A DNA stretch of 64,000 nt, taken from positions 38,436 to 102,435 of the forward strand of contig RFTN01000002.1 of assembly GCA_009923445.1 (NCBI GenBank). The letters are read 5' to 3'. How positions within the stretch are numbered: the first letter of the stretch is position 1; each line of letters starts with the position of its first letter. Origin of the DNA: a bacterium (lineage in GTDB: Bacteria; Patescibacteriota; Saccharimonadia; Saccharimonadales; SZUA-47). The notes under the pieces were generated by a model. The model was not told the DNA's origin. It worked only from the letters and a program-made list of their open reading frames with translations, and made no database searches. Both the position numbers and the translations under genes were made by a program. Below are positions 21,001-29,670 of this stretch, piece after piece.

Positions 21001-21507
21001 ATGAGTAAACCGTGCCTTTATTTACTTTTAGGGTTACCAGGGTCGGGTAAAACTACTGCTGCTGAGCAAATTGCTAAAATAACGGGTTCTGTACACCTTA
21101 GTAGCGATAGTTTCAGGCTAAGTTTGTTTGAGGCACCAAAGTTTAGCCAAGACGAGCACGACAGTTTGTATAAAATGCTCGACTACATGTGCGAGCTTTT
21201 GTTAAAAAATGGCACGAGTGTTGTGTATGATGCAAATATAAATCGGCTCGTGCACCGCCAAGAAAAATATGCCCTCGCTAAAAAAGTAGGTGCAAACGTG
21301 CGGCTTTTTTGGCTACAAGTACACCGAGACATGGCAAAGCAACGGCGCCTAGACACGCAACACCCCATGCTTATACCTAAAAACGAGACTGCTCATGATT
21401 TGTTCGAGCGCGTCGCAGATGTATTCGAGGCACCAAAAAAGCCAGAAAAATTCATAGCTCTAGACGGTACAAAAATCACAAAAGCCTATATACAAAAATT
21501 TGTGTAG
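21001..21507 (+). CDS. P-loop kinase-like ATPase (AAA_33/zeta-toxin-like fold)
   Basis: Walker A GLPGSGKTT in a small 168-aa protein with YDANI after strand 2. Confidence 0.55.
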   Translation: MSKPCLYLLLGLPGSGKTTAAEQIAKITGSVHLSSDSFRLSLFEAPKFSQDEHDSLYKMLDYMCELLLKNGTSVVYDANINRLVHRQEKYALAKKVGANVRLFWLQVHRDMAKQRRLDTQHPMLIPKNETAHDLFERVADVFEAPKKPEKFIALDGTKITKAYIQKFV

Positions 21508-21521
21508 CAAATTGCCTATGC

Positions 21522-22037
21522 TTGCAAGAAAGCAAAGTGGCCAGTACCATTGCAACAATGACAAGGCGCATATTAATAACACTTTTTGCTGTTTCTGGTA
21601 TATGTATATTTTTGCGTCTGTACGCACATATAGGACTATACGATGTGGTTGAGGTGTTTGACGGCGACACCATAGCCGTTGCAATGGCTGGCCGCGTCGA
21701 AAAGGTGCGTCTAATCGGGGTAGATACGCCCGAGACAAAAGACCCCCGTAAACCGGTGCAGTGTTATGGCCCCGAGGCAAGTGCCTTTTCTCATAGTAAA
21801 CTAGACCGCGCCAAAGTGCGCCTGGTAAGTGACCCGCTCAGTACCAACCGCGACCGCTACGACAGGTTACTACGATATGTGTATTTGCAGGACGGCACAC
21901 TGTATAACAAGCAGTTGCTGTCCACTGGAAATGCCAGGACATATACCGGCTTTGCCTTTAGCAAAAGTCAAGAATTCGTAGTTGCCGAAACCCAAAGTAA
22001 GCAGCAAAATACAGGTTTATGGCAAAGATGCACATAA
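21522..22037 (+). CDS. thermonuclease (staphylococcal nuclease, SNase) homolog, membrane-anchored
   Basis: FDGDTIAV...VRLIGVDTPETKDP...CYGPEAS...RDRYDRLLRYVYL.DG..YN..LL..G.A. The track start is TTG 21522. ATG 21558 (MTRRILITLF...) is an equally plausible start. Confidence 0.8.
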   Translation: MQESKVASTIATMTRRILITLFAVSGICIFLRLYAHIGLYDVVEVFDGDTIAVAMAGRVEKVRLIGVDTPETKDPRKPVQCYGPEASAFSHSKLDRAKVRLVSDPLSTNRDRYDRLLRYVYLQDGTLYNKQLLSTGNARTYTGFAFSKSQEFVVAETQSKQQNTGLWQRCT

Positions 22038-22039
22038 AA

Positions 22040-22855
22040 CTATTTTGGTAGTTTTGATCGGCCAAAAGCACGGGCCAGACCTTCGCTCACAACAAAAAAC
22101 GGCTCTCCTACAAGTGGTAACAGCTTATTGCCAATACTGCCCATCCACCATAGCGAATAACCATGAGCTTTTAGTGTCGTCGGCCATCTGTTAAGATGAG
22201 CACTTTGTTGCCAACGATCCTCCCAGACGCGCTTTAGTTTTACGCCAACCCTCAACGTCTCGTCATACGTTATTTTGTAACCCATTTTATGGCAGTGTAG
22301 GGCAAGGTCAATATCCTCGTGAAACTCTTCACGTAAACAAACGCTATCTTTAACTGCCTGCCACATCTCTTTAGGCATTGCCATATTTGATCCCCATAAT
22401 ATGTAATGTCCTATGAATAGTCTGTTAAATCTATACGCAAGCTGGCTAAACATCCACCCATTCAAGCGTGGTAATCTAAAGTTATAAAAGTAACCACCTC
22501 CGGTCAAAGCTTCGTCGGTGTGTACGCTATTGCCGTAAAATCCTAGCACACGTTCTACCCAGTTATTCGGCAAAATCGTATCCGCGTCAATACGACCGAT
22601 TAGCTCACTTTTAACAGCGTCAAAGCCGGCATTCCTTGCAAAAACTATACCTTGTGTTGGCTGTTTTACAATTCGTACAAAACTATACTGCTTAACAATA
22701 TTGATTGTGTCATCGGTGCAGTTGTTATCTACCACAATAACCTGTTTAGGGGGAATAGTCTGATTTTTTATCGAATCTAAACACGCTTTGATATGGTGCT
22801 GTTCGTTATAAACTGGTATAACTATAGATAACGTTAATGCTTTTTTAGAAATCAC
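22040..22855 (-). CDS. family 2 glycosyltransferase
   Basis: LSIVIPVYNEQHHI...VIVVDNNCTDDT and the RIDADT (DxD-like) motif. GTG start. Confidence 0.8.
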   Translation of the reverse strand: MISKKALTLSIVIPVYNEQHHIKACLDSIKNQTIPPKQVIVVDNNCTDDTINIVKQYSFVRIVKQPTQGIVFARNAGFDAVKSELIGRIDADTILPNNWVERVLGFYGNSVHTDEALTGGGYFYNFRLPRLNGWMFSQLAYRFNRLFIGHYILWGSNMAMPKEMWQAVKDSVCLREEFHEDIDLALHCHKMGYKITYDETLRVGVKLKRVWEDRWQQSAHLNRWPTTLKAHGYSLWWMGSIGNKLLPLVGEPFFVVSEGLARAFGRSKLPK

Positions 22856-22873
22856 TTCATACTATAATAACAA

Positions 22874-23992
22874 ATGCCGATCAAAAAGAGAGTATCACCA
22901 ACAAGCAATGCCGCGTCCAGCGCATGGTACAAGCGGCCATTTAAATGGCTTGCTGACTATTGGCGTAAAAATGTATTCCATAAAATTGTTTGTGTTGTAT
23001 TGGCTATTGTTATTGCATTCACTGCAGGCATGTACGGTGTAGCACAGTGGTACATTTTTAAACACAAAAATGAGCCGCTACGTATAGGGGCGACTTTTAT
23101 ACCGAATTACGCAGAGTATTTTGGACTAGACCCTCAAGTTACTATGCAAAAAATGATTGACGAGCTTGGCATAAGGCAGTTTAGGCTAGTAAGCTACTGG
23201 AAAGATATTGAAAAACAACCTGGCCAATACGATTTCAGTAGCCTTGACTGGCAGTTTAGTAAGGTGCAAGCAACCGGAGGTAGGGTGAGTCTTGCAATAG
23301 GCCTGCGCCAACCTCGCTGGCCTGAATGTCATGCCCCAACATGGGCAGAACAAATGCCGTTAGAAGAATGGTATCCTAAGCTTAAAATATTCATGCAAAA
23401 AGTCATTGAACGATATGGCAATAATCCTGTGCTTGAGAGTTATCAACTCGAAAACGAGTTTTTTATGACGGTATTTGGCATTTGTCCTGACCACAGCCGC
23501 TGGCGCCTTGAAGACGAACATAGCTATGTTAAATCGCTCGATAGCAACACGCCAATTATTGTAAGTCGTAGCAATAATTGGATTGGTTTACCGCTTGGTG
23601 ACCCACGCCCTGATAGGTTTGGTATTTCTGTCTATAAACGCGTTTGGGATAAGTCTTTAACGAAAAGATACTATGAATATCCGCTACCAGCATGGTTTTA
23701 TGCGGGCTTAGCTGGTGGTGCAGAAATTTTAACTGGTAAAGATATGGTAATTCACGAACTACAGGCCGAGTCATGGTTGCCAGAAGGTATGAGTATGAAA
23801 ACGGCCCCATTGAGCGAAATCAACAAATCCATTAATTCAAAACGTCTTAAAGACCGCATTAAATACGCCGAAGCAACAGGTATGCGAGACATCTACTTAT
23901 GGGGACCCGAGTGGTGGCTATACCTAAAAGAAAAGCGTAATTACCCAGATTTGTGGGTCACGGCTAAAACAGAACTACAAAGCTACAGATAA
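22874..23992 (+). CDS. membrane-anchored TIM-barrel glycoside-hydrolase-like protein (GH-A clan features)
   Basis: N-terminal TM, W..IE..PGQYDFSSLDW and a YQLENEFF (NE catalytic-type) motif. The exact family was not determined. Confidence 0.45.
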   Translation: MPIKKRVSPTSNAASSAWYKRPFKWLADYWRKNVFHKIVCVVLAIVIAFTAGMYGVAQWYIFKHKNEPLRIGATFIPNYAEYFGLDPQVTMQKMIDELGIRQFRLVSYWKDIEKQPGQYDFSSLDWQFSKVQATGGRVSLAIGLRQPRWPECHAPTWAEQMPLEEWYPKLKIFMQKVIERYGNNPVLESYQLENEFFMTVFGICPDHSRWRLEDEHSYVKSLDSNTPIIVSRSNNWIGLPLGDPRPDRFGISVYKRVWDKSLTKRYYEYPLPAWFYAGLAGGAEILTGKDMVIHELQAESWLPEGMSMKTAPLSEINKSINSKRLKDRIKYAEATGMRDIYLWGPEWWLYLKEKRNYPDLWVTAKTELQSYR

Positions 23993-24013
23993 TCACTCTG
24001 TTACAATAGAGAT

Positions 24014-24478
24014 GTGAAAAACAAGCAACCTCAAGTTAAAAAGATCCAAAACAGCCGCGCACGGTTCGACTATGACCTTAAAGATGATTATTTGTGCGGT
24101 ATTGTTTTGAATGGCCGCGAAACCAAGGCACTCCGCCTAGGTCATGGCCAACTTAAGGGTGCATTTATAAATATTAAAGACGGCGAACTGTGGCTGAATA
24201 ACATGACTATTACAGGCCGCAACGGCTTACCTATTGACGAAGATGAAAAAACACGGCCACGCAAACTACTAGCCAAACAGCGTGAAATTGACCAACTAAT
24301 GAGCGCTAAGCAACAAGGTTTGAGCATTGTGCCAACCGAAGTTTTGACACGTACGCGCTTTATAAAGGTACGTATTGCTGTAGGGCGGGGTAAAAAGCAG
24401 TACGATAAACGCGCTACGCTCAAAAAGCGTGACGATGACCGCAACACAAGGCGAGAACTAAAACAAGTCCAACACTAG
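24014..24478 (+). CDS. smpB: SsrA-binding protein
   Basis: ARFDYDLKDDYLCGIVLNGRETKALR, LLAKQREIDQL and a basic C-terminal tail. GTG start 6 nt after TGtTACAAT. Confidence 0.9.
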   Translation: MKNKQPQVKKIQNSRARFDYDLKDDYLCGIVLNGRETKALRLGHGQLKGAFINIKDGELWLNNMTITGRNGLPIDEDEKTRPRKLLAKQREIDQLMSAKQQGLSIVPTEVLTRTRFIKVRIAVGRGKKQYDKRATLKKRDDDRNTRRELKQVQH

Positions 24479-25188
24479 CTTATTGTTGTACCAAGGGGCT
24501 GACCTTTTACGACGTTAGTGAGTATGTCTTCTTTATCTAGTTCAAAAATAATCAACGGCATGTGTTGCTCCATTGCAAGCCCCATAGCAGCTTTGTCCAT
24601 AACGGAAATAGCTGGGTTTTCGACAGCCTGTTGGTAGCTAAGAGTTGCAAACTTTTTAGCATCGGCAAACTTGGTTGGGTCTTTATCGTATACGCCGTCT
24701 ACTTTGGTGCTTTTAAGCACCACGTCGCAACCTAGTTCTAACGCCAAACTTACCGCAGCGGTATCTGTTGTTAAGTAGGGGCGACCAATACCACCGGCAA
24801 CAATAACGACTCTACCTTTTTGTAAGTGTTTTTCGGCTAAGCGGTGCACAAAAGGCTCGGCTACTTGCTCGGCAAAAATACTACTTAAACAGCGGGTAGG
24901 CACACCCCCAGCCTCGAATATATCTGTAATGGCGAGGGCGTTCATCATGGTACCTAGCATTCCCATATGGTCGGCTGTCACGCGTTTAATACCGTGGCCT
25001 GCAATTTGGGCGCCACGTACATAATTACCACCTCCCACCATAATCACAACTTCCGTACCTTTGATGACTATTTTTTTAACTTCGTTAGCAAGCCAAGCGG
25101 CTCGTTCGGGGTCTAGCCCACTATCAAACTTACCGGCAAGCTGTTCGCCAGAAAGTTTTAATAAAATTCTTTTATACGCCATTATCAT
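24475..25188 (-). CDS. pyrH: UMP kinase
   Basis: YKRILLKLSGEQLAG, VVIMVGGGNYVRG, VVIVAGGIGRPYLTTDTAA, VDGVYDKDP. Confidence 0.92.
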   Translation of the reverse strand: MIMAYKRILLKLSGEQLAGKFDSGLDPERAAWLANEVKKIVIKGTEVVIMVGGGNYVRGAQIAGHGIKRVTADHMGMLGTMMNALAITDIFEAGGVPTRCLSSIFAEQVAEPFVHRLAEKHLQKGRVVIVAGGIGRPYLTTDTAAVSLALELGCDVVLKSTKVDGVYDKDPTKFADAKKFATLSYQQAVENPAISVMDKAAMGLAMEQHMPLIIFELDKEDILTNVVKGQPLGTTIS

Positions 25189-25248
25189 CTAGTGTAACAT
25201 GGCTAAAATTTAAAAATTTTGCTCATTTAAAACTGCTACAATAATGCC

Positions 25249-26046
25249 ATGAAGCTATACTCGTGGAACGTTAATGGAATTAGAGCTGTCTGGAACAAAG
25301 GTCTGTTTCAGGATTTTATAGCTAAACACGACCCGGATATTATTTGCCTACAAGAGACTAAGGCTCAACCAGACCAAAGCCCTATAGATTTGCCGCAATA
25401 TACCGAATATTGGTACAGCGCCGATAAAAAGGGTTATAGCGGTACGGCAATTTTTAGCAAAACTCCGGCGACAGAGGTGCGAAACGGCTTTAGTGACACA
25501 ATTCAAAAAAAGTACAACTTTGCAGATAGCTTTGGTGATACTTCAAAAGAGGGTAGGGTGCTAAGCGCAAAAATCAACGGCATTTGGATAGTTACGGTGT
25601 ATACCCCTAACAGCAAAGACAAGTTAGAACGCTTACCTATGCGCTACCAAGTGTGGGACAAATCTTTTTTAGATCATTTGCAAGAGCTTGAACAAGACGC
25701 TCCCGTACTAACTTGTGGCGACTTTAACGTAGCGCACAAAGAGATAGATCTGGCCCGGCCAAAAGAAAGCGCTGGCAAACACGGCTTTACAATCGAGGAG
25801 CGCGAAGGCTTTGATAATTTTATGCAAGCTGGCTACACAGACACTTTTAGGCACCTGCACCCAACAAAAGCCGAGGCATATACCTGGTGGACTGCTTGGG
25901 GCGGGGCACGTCAGCGTAATGTTGGCTGGCGCATAGATTATTGGCTCGTTTCAAAATCTTTTGTGCCCAAAATTACACAAGCAGCTATTCATGCTGACGT
26001 TATGGGTAGCGACCACTGCCCAGTAAGCATAACTATAAAAGATTAG
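25249..26046 (+). CDS. xth: exodeoxyribonuclease III
   Basis: MKLYSWNVNGIRA, ICLQETK, GDFNVAH, WRIDY, SDHCPV. Confidence 0.9.
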   Translation: MKLYSWNVNGIRAVWNKGLFQDFIAKHDPDIICLQETKAQPDQSPIDLPQYTEYWYSADKKGYSGTAIFSKTPATEVRNGFSDTIQKKYNFADSFGDTSKEGRVLSAKINGIWIVTVYTPNSKDKLERLPMRYQVWDKSFLDHLQELEQDAPVLTCGDFNVAHKEIDLARPKESAGKHGFTIEEREGFDNFMQAGYTDTFRHLHPTKAEAYTWWTAWGGARQRNVGWRIDYWLVSKSFVPKITQAAIHADVMGSDHCPVSITIKD

Positions 26047-26234
26047 CCACAATACTTACGCAACAATACATATTGCAGCTTTAGACTTAGAAAGTACTAC
26101 CGTTCGACGCACAGCATTACAGTTATTGCAGCCGAAATAGTGACCCACGGCTGTATGTTCGTACTAAATCGTAAAGACATTATGTATGGTATATAGTACT
26201 AAACCGGCCGTAATGTATTAAAATCTGTAAATAT

Positions 26235-27017
26235 ATGAGTGACTATTGGCAGCAGCAAACAAACGAACCATTATTTAAAGAAATATTATGGAGTCGACCA
26301 GAGAATAAGCAACAATCAGGTAAATTACTGATTATAGGTGGTAATAAGTTTGGATTTGCAGCACCAGCCGAAGCGTACACAAACGCAGAGAATAGTGGCG
26401 CTGGTGCAATACGAGTATTGCTGCCCGAAGCTCTCGAAAAGATAGTTGGCCACGGAGCGTTTGATGCGTATTATGCCCCAACAAACCTTAGCGGTAGTTT
26501 TAGCAAACAGGCACTAGATAGCATGTTGGTACAAGCAAGTTGGTCAGACTACGCGCTCGTGGCCGGAGACTTAGGTAAAAACAGCGAGACAGCAGTACTG
26601 CTAGATAGTTTTATAAAAAAATACAGTGGCCCACTCTGTATTACTAAAGATGCTGTTGATTACTTTATTCAGACACCAACAGAATTACTCAAACGTGAAC
26701 ATACAACCATTGTAGCTTCGTACGAACAGCTGCAAAAAATTGGCATACATAATGGTAATACGGTGCCATTAACGTTTGGAATGCCAGCCCCAGCAGTTGC
26801 AGAATGGCTACATTTGCTAACTCTACATATAAAAAGCATAATTGTTACATACCACAACAATCAGTTGTTTGTAGCTGACAATGGTAGGGTTGTGTCGCAA
26901 GTAGATAAAATCTATACCGAAAAAATCTGGCGCGTTGCTACAGCTGCCAAGGCCAGCGTGTTTGTTATGCAAAACCCAACCCAACCACTTGAGGCGGTTG
27001 CAACAAGTTGGTTATAA
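26235..27017 (+). CDS. hypothetical protein with weak resemblance to the YjeF C-terminal (NAD(P)HX dehydratase/carbohydrate kinase) fold
   Basis: GKLLIIGGNKFGFAAPAEAY...SGAGAIRVLLP resembles the YjeF_C N-terminal pattern. The C-terminal GD..G motif is not evident. Confidence 0.35.
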   Translation: MSDYWQQQTNEPLFKEILWSRPENKQQSGKLLIIGGNKFGFAAPAEAYTNAENSGAGAIRVLLPEALEKIVGHGAFDAYYAPTNLSGSFSKQALDSMLVQASWSDYALVAGDLGKNSETAVLLDSFIKKYSGPLCITKDAVDYFIQTPTELLKREHTTIVASYEQLQKIGIHNGNTVPLTFGMPAPAVAEWLHLLTLHIKSIIVTYHNNQLFVADNGRVVSQVDKIYTEKIWRVATAAKASVFVMQNPTQPLEAVATSWL

Positions 27018-27042
27018 AGCTATTTTATGTTATAATAATATT

Positions 27043-27936
27043 ATGTCAAATACTCAAAAACTTAAAGACGGTAGAACCGGATACGCAAGACTTACGTCAA
27101 ATAGTTTATCTACTCATACAAGTAGCTACTTAAGCCGTAACAGCTGGAACGGTAAACACGAAGCGTTTGAATCGCTCGCAAGTGCACCATATGGTCAACC
27201 AGAACCATTATTTATGGCACGAGCAGCTTTTGAATTAGCAGCAACAGCCCCGGACACTATTCGACCCGATGTATTTCTTGAAAAAATGGTTTTATACGCG
27301 CTAAAAGCACAAGAATCCAAACGTAAAAGTCTTTCGACGGCATTGACGGCTGATATGTTTTACGCAAATATTCCATTGTTAATTGCAATACACATCGATA
27401 AACAACATCCCTCGGCCGAGCGAATACAAAAAGCTAAATTAGACAGCATCAAGTCTCTTGCAGAAAACAGACCAAAAAATTCGTTACAACGTAAAGATGC
27501 AGTTGAATATAGTGGAGCCGCAGCAGAGCTATGCAGCCTTGTTATGCTACAAAGTTATAGTGTTGATAAGCTCGGAGGAAGCGATTGGACACCCGTACCA
27601 ACTCTATTATCTGAAGATTGTGACAGCAAAAAAGGAAGCAGCCAAAATAACAATTGGGACATTTCTGTTTATACAGGTAAAGATGTAGAACTTTGTTACA
27701 AAGCACAAATTAAATACGGCAACATTGTACGCAGTAGAAATTATCGCAATGACATCGCTGTTATAAATATAAAAAAAGACCTCATTCTACCGGGCGAGGA
27801 TGAGCTGAGAGTCGGTAGCCTCATACACGAAATAAAAAAAGCACACAGCGACTACGATCAAAGTAAATTTACGGATACCCTTCGTCAGCGTACGGACATA
27901 ATGTTAGACATGTTAGACAGTCCAGGAAACGTGTAA
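27043..27936 (+). CDS. hypothetical protein
   Basis: I moved the start to ATG 27043, 6 nt after TGtTATAAT (27028-27036). The track's 26935 start would overlap the preceding gene by 83 nt. Confidence 0.5.
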   Translation: MSNTQKLKDGRTGYARLTSNSLSTHTSSYLSRNSWNGKHEAFESLASAPYGQPEPLFMARAAFELAATAPDTIRPDVFLEKMVLYALKAQESKRKSLSTALTADMFYANIPLLIAIHIDKQHPSAERIQKAKLDSIKSLAENRPKNSLQRKDAVEYSGAAAELCSLVMLQSYSVDKLGGSDWTPVPTLLSEDCDSKKGSSQNNNWDISVYTGKDVELCYKAQIKYGNIVRSRNYRNDIAVINIKKDLILPGEDELRVGSLIHEIKKAHSDYDQSKFTDTLRQRTDIMLDMLDSPGNV

Positions 27937-27938
27937 AA

Positions 27939-27958
27939 GTGGGCAAGGAGGGACTTGA
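27939..27958 (-). repeat. exact 20-nt duplicate of the tRNA-Leu 3' end (T-loop to acceptor end)
   Basis: gtgggcaaggagggacttga at 27939-27958 is identical to 28135-28154. A degenerate third copy (gggagggactttgacc) lies at about 27980-27995. Confidence 0.8.
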
Positions 27959-28103
27959 CTTGCCACCAAAATGGAAAAGGGAGGGACTTTGACCTTTCGC
28001 ACAAAAGAAAAATTACTTTTGTGCATGAAACCCCTTCGGGGCTAAAGGGCGGCCAAAGCCCACGGGGCTTTGTCGTTCAAGTACTTCTTGATCTAACAAA
28101 TTA

Positions 28104-28128
28104 AAGACCGGTCTAACGACCGGTTCTT
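28104..28128 (-). terminator. hairpin downstream of tRNA-Leu (terminator-like)
   Basis: aagaccggtc / gaccggt(t)ctt stem with a taac loop, followed on the minus strand by taatttgtt. Confidence 0.5.
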
Positions 28129-28132
28129 AATT

Positions 28133-28218
28133 TGGTGGGCAAGGAGGGACTTGAACCCTCACAACCTTGCGATCACTGGATTTTGAGTCCAGCGCGTCTA
28201 CCATTCCGCCACTCGCCC
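28133..28218 (-). tRNA. tRNA-Leu(CAA), class II with long variable arm, CCA encoded
   Basis: I folded it by hand. Acceptor GGGCGAG/CTTGCCC, anticodon stem CTGGA/TCCAG with loop CTCAAAA, T arm GAGGG-TTCAAGT-CCCTC, 3' ACCA. Confidence 0.9.
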
Positions 28219-28305
28219 AATAAGGAAATTTACTGGCATAGTATACCTTAAAAATGGCGGTGTAGCAAAGACATAGGGTATACTAAACACTAGAATAACA
28301 CTACT

Positions 28306-29670
28306 ATGACAGATCACCCACTACCTAATAAAAATGATTTTGTACTACAGCCGTTACACGATGATGTTTCTGTTGCGGCTACGCCAATTTCTAGTAAAAC
28401 ACAGTCGCAATTATTCGAACTCGAAGAATTGCGTAAGCAAATTGATAATTTAACAAACAATCCAGCCGTAACCGATACAGTAGACACAACACATTCATTA
28501 GGTCAGCAAATTAATCAACAACAAGATCTCAAAACAGAAGCAAGTATCCCTAAGCAAAAAAAAGCGGCTGTGCAAGTTGTACGCGACAAACTCGCAAAGC
28601 TGTACGCACGTGAGCCAGACGCAACCGACGAAGCAATAAAAGCCTTTCAAGTACAAAATCACCGTAGTAAACATCAGATGTTTATGTACAATTTAACTAC
28701 CTCGGGCAAAAGTTTAGCACAAATACAAACGCAGTGGCATGAATATTATGTTGCTCTGCCAGATAGCGAAAAACATGTGGTTTGGCAAGAATTCTATAAA
28801 GCCAATGAACATAATTCTACTAGCGTTCATGCGCCCTACGTACCACCGCATGCAAAGGCGCACAGCAAACACACGACATTTCATAGCAATAACAATGATA
28901 CGCGCACAACCGCTCAAATTAAGCAGCAGGTCGTTAATCGCCTTTCAGCGAACGGTAAGCTAAAAGCTAAGCATCATTTTCAGTCATTGTTATTCGGTAT
29001 GGTTATGGCCTCGATAGTTGTTGTTATATTTTTGTTTGGCTTTTTTAATGAACGATTTATAGCACCATTTGTTAGTCCAAGTAAGCAAGTTAGCGCCACG
29101 CCTATTGTCGGCTCGAGTGTAAATGTTGGGCCAGAATCTAAAATTATCATTCCAAAAATTAACCTCGAGGTGCCAGTTGTGTATGACTTAAATACAACCG
29201 AAGAGAAAGACGTGCAGGCCGGACTCGAGAACGGGGTGGTACACTACTCAACATCCGTAGAGCCAGGACAAGTGGGTAACGTAGTCATAGTTGGTCACTC
29301 TAGTAACAACATATTAAACAAGGGTAAGTATAAGTTTGCGTTCGTGCTACTAAAACGCTTAGAGATCGGCGACACTATAAGCCTGCAAAAAGGAGGCATT
29401 AGATATACTTACGAAGTCTACGACAAAAAAATCGTAAAACCCACTGATGTAAGCGTACTGGGCACAACCGCAAAACCAAATACTGTCACGCTTATCACCT
29501 GTGATCCACCAGGCACATCTCTAAACCGCCTCGTTGTGGTTGCCGAACAGATATCTCCAGACCCTACAATTAATAAACAAACTGCTGAAAAAGTTCCAGC
29601 ATTGTCAAGCAACGGCGTACTGCCAAGTAACGCACCAAGCCTATGGCAGCGTATAAAAGATCTATTCTAA
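28306..29670 (+). CDS. sortase-family transpeptidase with a long N-terminal cytoplasmic extension
   Basis: TM at about aa 225-245. Catalytic motifs VIVGHSS (His), TLITCDPPG (Cys) and NRLVVVAE (Arg). Confidence 0.8.
   Translation: MTDHPLPNKNDFVLQPLHDDVSVAATPISSKTQSQLFELEELRKQIDNLTNNPAVTDTVDTTHSLGQQINQQQDLKTEASIPKQKKAAVQVVRDKLAKLYAREPDATDEAIKAFQVQNHRSKHQMFMYNLTTSGKSLAQIQTQWHEYYVALPDSEKHVVWQEFYKANEHNSTSVHAPYVPPHAKAHSKHTTFHSNNNDTRTTAQIKQQVVNRLSANGKLKAKHHFQSLLFGMVMASIVVVIFLFGFFNERFIAPFVSPSKQVSATPIVGSSVNVGPESKIIIPKINLEVPVVYDLNTTEEKDVQAGLENGVVHYSTSVEPGQVGNVVIVGHSSNNILNKGKYKFAFVLLKRLEIGDTISLQKGGIRYTYEVYDKKIVKPTDVSVLGTTAKPNTVTLITCDPPGTSLNRLVVVAEQISPDPTINKQTAEKVPALSSNGVLPSNAPSLWQRIKDLF

Noticed and set aside
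26935-27042. N-terminal extension of the 333-aa track ORF, and similar extensions at 1442, 8175, 19927, 37873, 55425 and 58565
   Set aside because: The extensions overlap the preceding gene or run through the gene's own TATAAT box. Internal ATGs with the -10-N6 geometry give more plausible starts.
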